From NCBI GenBank assembly GCA_977862235.1, contig OZ374561.1, positions 744,001 through 808,000 of the forward strand: 64,000 bases of DNA. The letters are read 5' to 3'. Shown here in pieces: positions 46,472-54,695 of this stretch. Under the pieces are notes generated by a model, which was given only the letters and a program-made list of their open reading frames with translations, was not told where the DNA came from and did no database searches. Made by a program: the position numbers and the translations under genes. Position 1 is the first letter of the stretch. Each line of letters opens with the position of its first letter. The stretch is from Dudresnaya verticillata. Taxonomy: Eukaryota.

Positions 46472-49342
46472 ATGCCGGTCCCCCAGGCGGCATTTCCAAC
46501 CGCTGCGGCGCCGCGCACACGAAAGACGTTCGTGCCGTACGGCTCACTACTGCGCCCGCTGTACACACACGGCACCCCGTCGGCCACGCCGCACACCTCA
46601 ACCCTGCTGCTCCCGTGCAACGCGTCAGGCTTTGTACTTTCTGCTGATGGCGTCCCAAGCCAACTCTGTCCTACCCTGCCGCATAGTGAGGACCATACTA
46701 CCGCACTAGCGCTCTCCCCAACCGGCGAGCATGCAGTGCACGCCCTCCGCTCTGGTCGCGTCCTACTGCACCACCTCCCCACCTCTGAGTCGCATGCGTT
46801 GCTTCCTGCTTCCGACCAGCAGGTCATTTCTCATCTCGCGTTCGACGCCTCGGGGGCTTATGTCGCCCTTGCAAGTGCGGATGGCAAGGTCCGCGTGTAC
46901 AACGTCGAGACCGCCGCCCCGACCCATGAGTACGACGGTGCCACCAGCAATGCCATGCTTTCCGCTATAGCTTTCCATCCTGTCCCGGATGAGGCTTCGT
47001 TGCTGCTCGCAGCGGAAGACGGTGTGGTTAGGAAGTGCGACCTTGGCCACAGTCGCGCAAAGCCGGTCGTTGTTGCTGAGCGCCACGTGAGCAGCGTTGT
47101 GTCCTTCGCCTTTGCGGATGATAATGGGGTTGTTGTCACCGCTGGTGCGGACAAGCTGCTATGTTTCGCGAAATGGCCTGCCATGGCAGATGCCAAACTT
47201 GTTTCGACCGACGAGCGCATTTTCGCTGTCGTTCGACCTGGAGGGGATCAGACTCGTTTTGTTTTATCGGTCGGCGAGCGCGGGATCATTAGGAGATGGG
47301 ATGCGCGAACGGGAAGGGAGGACGTAGGCGGGCAATTCGTCTTGCCTTTTGTTTCCCGTGCTGAGGCTGATGAGAAGGAGAAGAGCGATGTCGATGACGC
47401 TGATGATGATTTCCAAAGCCCCGTTCAGCCCATTTCGATGACAATGTGCGGGCCACTTCAGCTTGTTATCGCACTGTCAGACCAGACGTTGTTGTACGTA
47501 ACTGTCTCGGAGGTGGGGCTCCCATTGAAAGTAAGGAAGGTAATCTGCGGAAACCTGGAAGAGATCTATGACGTTCGAGTTCTGCCGAAAAGGAAGGATA
47601 CCGGTAACCCGTCTTCAGCGGAACGAAGAGATGTGGCTGTTGCCTCTAATTCAGCTGTTCTCTGGATAGTGTCCATGACTACCTCTCTTGCTGCGCGCTC
47701 TGAAAAAGAAGTGACAAGGGACACGAGCGATCGTACAGTGGATGAAAAGACTAACCACAGCGGGAACTGGTCATGCCATGCCGGTCTTACTGGCCACAGC
47801 GGTATTATTCTGGCTGTTGACGCCCTAACAAGCTCCAAAGCCACCGGGAAGGATAACGTCTTTGACGCCTTCCTAGCAACGTCATCACGTGATAAGACTG
47901 CCCGAGTTTGGTGCAGAAGTCGTTCTTCTGGTTTGTGGAACTGCATGGCAGTAGCCGAAGGACACACCGATGCAGTGGGTGCTGTCGCCATCTCCCCTCG
48001 GGCCACCACTGGCCAATTCTTCATTGTCACCGGGAGCGCGGACAGAACGATCAAGAAATGGAGTCTAGACGCCGCACAAAAATGCGAAGAGCTGCGAAGG
48101 GCAGAAAGGGCAAGTATAAGCAACTCATCTGAAGTTCGTTTGACTAAAACCGATGGAAAGGCAGTTGAGTTATCAGCAACGTGGACAACTTTGGCACACG
48201 GGAAGGATGTGAATGCTGTTGCAATATCTCCGGATGCCAACTTGGTTGCGACGGGGTCTCAGGATCGGTTGGTAAAGTTGTGGGACGCAGCCAAGGGTAC
48301 AATCCGATTCACGTGCTCGGGTCATCGACGGGGTGTCTGGAACGTGGCATTTTCCAATGTAGATCGCATTTTAGCTTCGTGCTCGGCAGATTCAACTGTA
48401 CGAGTATGGAATGTTGCAACAGGCGTTTGCTTACGTTCTCTTGAAGGGCATCTATCTGGTGTGTTGCGATGCGTGTTCATGTCGACAGGGACTCAAGTCG
48501 CGTCAGCGGGCAGTGATGGGCTGCTTAAACTTTGGCTGACCCGCTCTGGCGAATGCATTTCAACAATTGATGCCCATGACGATCGAGTTTGGGCTCTCGA
48601 TAAAATCGACGATGGCAATGTTTTGCTGTCTGCTGGTTCGGATGGACTTGCGAGGATGTGGCGTGATGCGACGGAAGAGGAAGCACTTGCAGCTGTAGAA
48701 AAAAGGGAAGAGGATGCTCTAATGGAACAAGAAGTGCAAAATGCCGCTAGAGTGGGGAATTGGAGCACTGCAGCGCGAGGTGCTTTGAAGCTCGGGATGA
48801 CTCGCAAGTTGCGATCTGTCGTAATGGATTTGATCACGAAATCAGAGGATGCAGAAGGTGAGCTGATGAGAATGGTTGCAGCTCTGAGGACTGAGTCAGA
48901 GGAAGTTGCCAGTGAGAACGACGGTTGGGCTCTAGTGACGAGGATGTTTCTGTGCTGCCGTGACTGGAACGCGTCTGGAGGTACTAAGAATGCTGCCGTG
49001 GCTTCCCGTGTGCTGCGGGCTCTATTCAGTCTCTGGACGCCGGAAACATTGTGTGAGTCACTAAATGTCGACAAGCGCGCTCTCGTCGAAGCACTTAATG
49101 CGCATTGTTCAAGACACTTAGAACGAGTCTCGCAGTTTGCTAGCAAGGTGGCGGTTCTGGAGCATACCCTGCACCAAATGCGTGCGTTGGGTGAACTTGA
49201 CAATAGAGCCCATGGACAGAAGAAGAAGATGCCGGTACAGAAACGAGAGGCTGTGTGTGCTTCAGAAGGAGAGGACGAAGGGGCGAAAGAGAAGCTTACC
49301 AGAAAACGGAAACGCCGCGAGGACTTTCCATCAGAATACTGA
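46472..49342 (+). CDS. UTP13: U3 snoRNA-associated WD40 protein UTP13/TBL3
   Basis: Many WD40 repeats, GNLEEIYD, AHGKDVNAVAISP, GHRRGVW, GHLSGVLR, and a Utp13-type helical C-terminus (RDWN...VASRVL). Confidence 0.9.
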   Translation: MPVPQAAFPTAAAPRTRKTFVPYGSLLRPLYTHGTPSATPHTSTLLLPCNASGFVLSADGVPSQLCPTLPHSEDHTTALALSPTGEHAVHALRSGRVLLHHLPTSESHALLPASDQQVISHLAFDASGAYVALASADGKVRVYNVETAAPTHEYDGATSNAMLSAIAFHPVPDEASLLLAAEDGVVRKCDLGHSRAKPVVVAERHVSSVVSFAFADDNGVVVTAGADKLLCFAKWPAMADAKLVSTDERIFAVVRPGGDQTRFVLSVGERGIIRRWDARTGREDVGGQFVLPFVSRAEADEKEKSDVDDADDDFQSPVQPISMTMCGPLQLVIALSDQTLLYVTVSEVGLPLKVRKVICGNLEEIYDVRVLPKRKDTGNPSSAERRDVAVASNSAVLWIVSMTTSLAARSEKEVTRDTSDRTVDEKTNHSGNWSCHAGLTGHSGIILAVDALTSSKATGKDNVFDAFLATSSRDKTARVWCRSRSSGLWNCMAVAEGHTDAVGAVAISPRATTGQFFIVTGSADRTIKKWSLDAAQKCEELRRAERASISNSSEVRLTKTDGKAVELSATWTTLAHGKDVNAVAISPDANLVATGSQDRLVKLWDAAKGTIRFTCSGHRRGVWNVAFSNVDRILASCSADSTVRVWNVATGVCLRSLEGHLSGVLRCVFMSTGTQVASAGSDGLLKLWLTRSGECISTIDAHDDRVWALDKIDDGNVLLSAGSDGLARMWRDATEEEALAAVEKREEDALMEQEVQNAARVGNWSTAARGALKLGMTRKLRSVVMDLITKSEDAEGELMRMVAALRTESEEVASENDGWALVTRMFLCCRDWNASGGTKNAAVASRVLRALFSLWTPETLCESLNVDKRALVEALNAHCSRHLERVSQFASKVAVLEHTLHQMRALGELDNRAHGQKKKMPVQKREAVCASEGEDEGAKEKLTRKRKRREDFPSEY

Positions 49343-49563
49343 CGAGCTACTGATATTGCTGCACATGACAGATTTGTACAACCATACACGAACCGAAGGA
49401 ACAACGGTTTTTATTGCGATTCGGATCATTCTGTGCTGTTTCGATTCGACTTTCGGTTGCCACCGGCAAAAAAGGTGTGTGAACATCTGGAGAGTACTTG
49501 ATGTAGAGTATCGCGCAGAACAGCTACCCAAAAGTTCATCGAGTTCATCGACAGGTTGCGAAA

Positions 49564-50235
49564 ATGGGAGCACGGTGGTCCTCCCAAGTACCCGCAATTG
49601 AAGGATCACAACCCGAGAACATCAGCCAAGATCCGAAACCGGTGCAGAGTGCTCTCAAGGGACACCCTGGGCCTCTGACATCGTCGTACGACGTCTCCAA
49701 TGCGTCAACCTCATCGCCTCTCGCAAAACGAGCAAAGATGCTGTCACGAGAGCGACTGAAGCGTCGTCGGCACCGGGCTCAACGTGGGCAGTCGCGCCAT
49801 CTTTTCAAACCGTCACGTGTGGTAACTGTTTACGGTGGCTCTAAGGCTGCAAACAAGCAAGCTGCAGCACGGGTTGCCTTTCAACTCGCCGGTGAGCTTG
49901 TCCTCATCCCCTGGCCGCAGATCTCTGCATGGTACGTGTTAGGAATGGGATGCCTGCGAAACGGCGTGTTATCTTGCCTATTCTCTGACGCTCGAGTACT
50001 GTAATACTCCTTGGATGGTGTGGGGATTCGAAGGGTTGAGGTGGAAGTTTTGGAGTATGGAGGCGAAGAGGGCGGGCGAAAGGGTCTGCATCATATCAAA
50101 TACTCAGACGGTATTTGTGAGTGGAAGGAATTGACTTGCTTCCGTATTGTGCTAGGAGCTCGACGCTTTACTCGGGCGATACGCGGTCGGAAGCCGAAAG
50201 CAGGGCGTCAAGCTGTTGAAAGCTGTGAGGTATAA
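49564..50235 (+). CDS. Putative small Tudor-like domain protein, 2 exons: 49564-49931 and 50034-50235
   Basis: A GTACGT...ctgac...AAG intron (49932-50033) joins two short ORFs into GELVLIPWPQISAWVEVEVLEY...GLHHIKYSDGICEWKEL, a Tudor/Agenet-like pattern. A basic NLS-like run lies upstream. Confidence 0.5.
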
Positions 50236-50649
50236 GTAAAACTATCGTGATGTTTCTCAGCAAGGAAATGGTTTTACTCGACGTTGAAGGGAGACGACAT
50301 TCAAGGCGTATTTTAGGCTCAAAAATGGGTTGAGGGGCATTGCAAATCAGCGAGGGACGGGTTTCGTACGTAGTAGCTCCGAAAAAGAATGAAAACCGTT
50401 GCTGGTGCTCCTCGCCTTGACAATTCGCAGAGCTTTCGCAAGCTTGAACCAGCATTGGAAGATGACGTCCCTGGGGAGGCTTCTTGAACAACGCTCGTCA
50501 TGCTTGCCGCAAGGATTGAAAAGAAGACTGGGTGCGCAGTCAGCGGCACGCTTTGTAAATACGAAGGCGCAAAGCGGATGCGCCTTCAAGAGTCTAGCGA
50601 AAACAGCGGGGCCGTTTTGGATCTCCGGCAAGCGAAAATGCCGTGATGC

Positions 50650-50931
50650 CTAGAAGTTCTTGTTAATACACAAGATTTCGTTCATACAACCAATGCACAA
50701 GATGCAATTAACGGAGAAGATCGAGAGAATGGAATTGAGACTGGCGAAAGAGAGAATACCATTGATAGCGAAAAGGCCAACGAAGCAGGTAGTGGAGAAA
50801 AGGGCGAAGATGCTGGCATTGGAGAAGGCCGAGAAGATGGAGAAGTAGCTCTTGAAACAATTGATGGTATAGCAGCGCTTCACGCGGGCTTGAGACGGCG
50901 CGGGCGCGGAGGGGGATTCGACGTCGGCCAT
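50650..50931 (-). CDS. 93-aa hydrophobic protein with 9-residue tandem pseudo-repeats
   Basis: ATG at 50931 in an AAAATGG context, with a TTTAAA element near 51060. Repeats SIFALFSTT/CFVGLFAIN/GILSFASLN/SILSIFSVN/CILCIGCMN/EILCINKNF. Confidence 0.65.
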   Translation of the reverse strand: MADVESPSAPAPSQARVKRCYTINCFKSYFSIFSAFSNASIFALFSTTCFVGLFAINGILSFASLNSILSIFSVNCILCIGCMNEILCINKNF

Positions 50932-52048
50932 TTTTCTAGGGGGGTGGGTTGTGGGGAGTTGCGGGTAGTTGCGGGTAGGGCGGGGGCTTGGGGTCGTCGG
51001 TGTCCTTGTGCGGGGGCAGGGCAAGAGTGCGGGAATGGATGTGGGCGGGAGCCGCGTTTAAAAAGCAGGCGAGGGTGCGGATGCCGGAAGAGCAGCAATT
51101 TGGATGGTTCGGAATATTTGCCTCTGCCCCAAACAGGAGCATCGGTGGTGTGCCGGGCTACTGGCCTGCACACCAGTGTGCAGGCTTCGATTTTCGAGCG
51201 CGGGAGTTTTCCTTCAGACATAACATTTACTGTACTGCAGCACGAAACAAGCCTTACAAGTACATTGTTGTAAAGTACATATTGGCGCTGCCGTATTCTT
51301 GGCAATTAGAGTAGAGACCAAGTGCCCTAACGAGGCGGCTATGCTGCCCTAACGACAAGTCAACCCGTGAAATGTGCATACAGCACCGCCTCCCCCGCAC
51401 GCCCCTGTACAGTTAGTGCGTGTAGTGCGGGTTCCAGGCGCGGAGTTCCCGTCGCGCAAAGATCCTAGCATCTGAGCGATGAAGGTGACCCAGTGCCTTC
51501 ACGTAGGTTCACGTTTCAAAGTGCTCATCTTCGCTTTTGGTGCGATTATCTCTCGCGTCTTGGACCCTGCTCCCAGAACCAACATCGTTTCCCGTTCAGA
51601 CGGGACAAGACAAAACAGAGTGGATTCGACTCCTGTCATTGGACTGTGTGAGCAACAGTGCAGCTGTAGATCTGCTACCCAGTCGCAGAAGCAATTGCAG
51701 ACAGCAAGCGGAAAAAAAAGAAAAATATTTGAGCGCAAGCCGTTTGCAAGAGAGGGCAACGATAACCCGCTCAAAACGTCATTGTATGTCGTTTGCGGAG
51801 CACCTTTCCGCGTAGGACCGCCTTAAACAAGCCATTAAAATTTAATCATCACCTTCCACTCTCTCTCCGAGAGAACCATGCTTGCCCTTGGCACTATTGC
51901 TCGCGCTGCATCATGCATTTACTTTTTCCGCCAAAATGGATTACTCATTGCGAGCATTATGGCACACGACCCTCGCTGCTTTGCAAGTTTGCCTTTAATT
52001 ACAGCCTAAGATGTCCAAATTGTCTTCCAACTCACCTTGCCTGGAGTC

Positions 52049-53524
52049 CTATGTCCAGCGTATTTCGCGGTACGAAAAAACTTGTACATCTGCATCGTTG
52101 CCGAGTTCGCCCTGCCGTTCGCGAAACCAGTCCTTGAATGTTGCCCCACTGAACTGAGACCGGTGCATCTTACGGCAATCCACCACGCGCCCGGTCCGAA
52201 CGTCCCCGTCATGGTGGACGCCCACCTCGGTGATCACTGCACCTCTCATCGTCAGCAATACCACCCAACAAACAGCCATGTGAGTACCATGCTCGGTTGC
52301 GCATAATACAATGCACGCATTTTCAACGACACTTCTCACTTCTTCAGAGTTTGGCAACTCCTGGTATCCCAGCAACTCCAGCACAGAGCCCCACCGTCCG
52401 TCGTACGAACTCCTTCCCAGTCGTGCCGTGTGCTCCACCCACGACCGTACTAGTGGGCAGCCCACCAGGTCATCATCAAAAAGGCATAGCATTGAGACGT
52501 CATGCCGCACCTCCCCGCGGCCTTCTAGATCGTGTCTAGGCATCGTCAAGATCTGCGAAACGTCATCTGTCGTGAGTAGACTCCGCGCCCATGCATACAT
52601 CTCATCTCTATCGTCAGCGTACGTTACCTCATAATTCTCCAGGCACCGGCTCACCAAAACCTCACTCAACGCCAGCAAGCTCCCCATTGGAGATCTGCAC
52701 AATACCAAGTGCTCCAGCATATCATCATGCGTGCTGCGTTCGGTCAGTATCCCAGGGCCTAGCGCCGCTGCCAGCTTTTCCAGTTCGATCCAGAGTCGAT
52801 TAGTCATATGCCGCGCGTTCGTGTATACAAACGTCGGGAAGACTAGGAAGGGCAAGAATCCAATACTAGACCACTGCATTCCGCGAGTGACAGCGATACG
52901 ATCCACCCAAATCCGCATCTTTGCGTAGCCCATTTTCTTCGCAGCTGTTGCCATCATTCGCACGGCGTTCTCCCATTCGTCGGCCGAAAGGCCGTTCGAG
53001 ACATCATATCTATACGAAAGGGCCATGTACATCACGTCTTCTTCTTCTGGAATCACACGATCCCTTCCTCGCACTTCAAGATCGCGCATAAAAATCTGAG
53101 TAGCTTCTTCCAGGTTGTCGCACTCTAAAATTGAAGACAACCCCCTCTTGAACAAGCTGCGCATACTTGTCTCAAACTCTTCCGTAGCAATGGCACGATA
53201 CGCATTGCCGCATCTCCTCTCCTTAGCAGCAAAAGCCGCAATGCGCTTGTAAAATCGTGTGCTCCTACTCACAGTCTCTCCATCTCTTATGGCCACCTGA
53301 CGCACGAGGATTGGAGTCCATCCAGGGCGTCTCAGATTGCCCACAATCAGACGACGCCAGTTTCGGAATTGAATGCTGTGGACCCGGGGCGAGCGAAAGC
53401 AGGTAGCCCACGAGTACTGGGAGTAGAACGCGGTCTTGACGATAAGCAAGTGTAAACCATCGGAGAAAAAGTTACAGTTCTGGTCAGAAGCCAGGCGGCG
53501 CACTTCTCTGGCAAATTCGCACAT
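52049..53524 (-). CDS. HET (heterokaryon incompatibility, TIR-like) domain-like protein
   Basis: About 491 aa from MCEFARE. The ordered motifs YMALSYRY, RIWVDRI and NRLWIELE match the HET blocks YxALSYxW, LWIDxxCI and RxWxxQE. Confidence 0.6.
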   Translation of the reverse strand: MCEFAREVRRLASDQNCNFFSDGLHLLIVKTAFYSQYSWATCFRSPRVHSIQFRNWRRLIVGNLRRPGWTPILVRQVAIRDGETVSRSTRFYKRIAAFAAKERRCGNAYRAIATEEFETSMRSLFKRGLSSILECDNLEEATQIFMRDLEVRGRDRVIPEEEDVMYMALSYRYDVSNGLSADEWENAVRMMATAAKKMGYAKMRIWVDRIAVTRGMQWSSIGFLPFLVFPTFVYTNARHMTNRLWIELEKLAAALGPGILTERSTHDDMLEHLVLCRSPMGSLLALSEVLVSRCLENYEVTYADDRDEMYAWARSLLTTDDVSQILTMPRHDLEGRGEVRHDVSMLCLFDDDLVGCPLVRSWVEHTARLGRSSYDGRWGSVLELLGYQELPNSEEVRSVVENACIVLCATEHGTHMAVCWVVLLTMRGAVITEVGVHHDGDVRTGRVVDCRKMHRSQFSGATFKDWFRERQGELGNDADVQVFSYREIRWT

Positions 53525-54695
53525 GGATGGGAGCTTGACGAAGTTTTGGGAGAGTAAAGATAGTAGAGGCCTGCGGATTGGCGGTAGAGCCGAAATGAAT
53601 GGAGTGAGACTCTGTAGTGCGACAAGCGGCAGAAAGTCTGACCTGGCAAAGCCGAGGACTTTAGCTGCAGCCGAAGCGATGCGTGGGGTACGAGCTAGTT
53701 GCCAGACGGCTGGAAAAAAGTAAGGCAGATTGATGGTTTTGAGGCGGTAGACATGACGCTCTAGCAACACGTGGCCAGACGATTGAAATTGGTGTTCCCC
53801 TGTTTGCTGGGAGGTGTCGGTGGCATGGGGGCTACGCATTCCCGAGGGCGGCATTCCGAACCTCGGGTTTGGTAGCTAGAGCGACGGTGGACGACCCCAA
53901 TCTGAGACATTAGCCGCAGATATGCACGTTACCGGGCAATTGGAGAAGTACGGATAGCCTTGCCGCGTAGCCGTTCTGCGGAAAAGCATTCCAGGACTTA
54001 CGAGAGGGTGGAAGTGCGGCGTTGTAGTTCAACGTGATGCCGTGATACAGCCCAATAGCGAACTAGAGGTCTGGCTCGCAAAGCAATGCTTAATGCTGCT
54101 GCCTTCGATGTGGCGGCGCCCTTTGGTTCGCGGGGCGCAAACGCTTGCAGCAATGCGAGAGAGAAAATCATCTCGTGATGGGACTCAGCAGTTGCACGCA
54201 GCACCGCTCAGTCGAAGGAGGGAGAGGATTCGGTTTCTAGAAACTTAACGGGTGCACAACAAGGCGAGTGCCAACAAGCAGAGCCCAGCAGCTGCAACCT
54301 GCACAGATCCAAAGATGCCCTGCAGTAACATGTTACTTCAAAGATCCAGAGATCTGGGCGCCTATTAAGTGTGCCCAGCCACCCGCGCATTGAGCATTTT
54401 TAATTTTAAAACAGCTTTTGGTGGGGGTGCCCAATCTCAGGAACCACCGCTGGGCGTCGCCCGAGACCAAGTCCAGGCCGTTGTATCATACAGCAGGACC
54501 CCTGCCACTGTCGAACTGCCACTATTCAGGTCTCCTCTCCCCTACAGCTGCGTCTGTTCCCGTCCCCTTCGATGTCATCATGCCCCGGACTGCTCACCAT
54601 CACCAGCTTCTGCTCTCCTCGCCAATCTCGCCAGAGATCTCAAAGCCCATCACGCCTAGCTCTTCAGCCAAGCTCCCTATCCCGTATCAAGCGCA

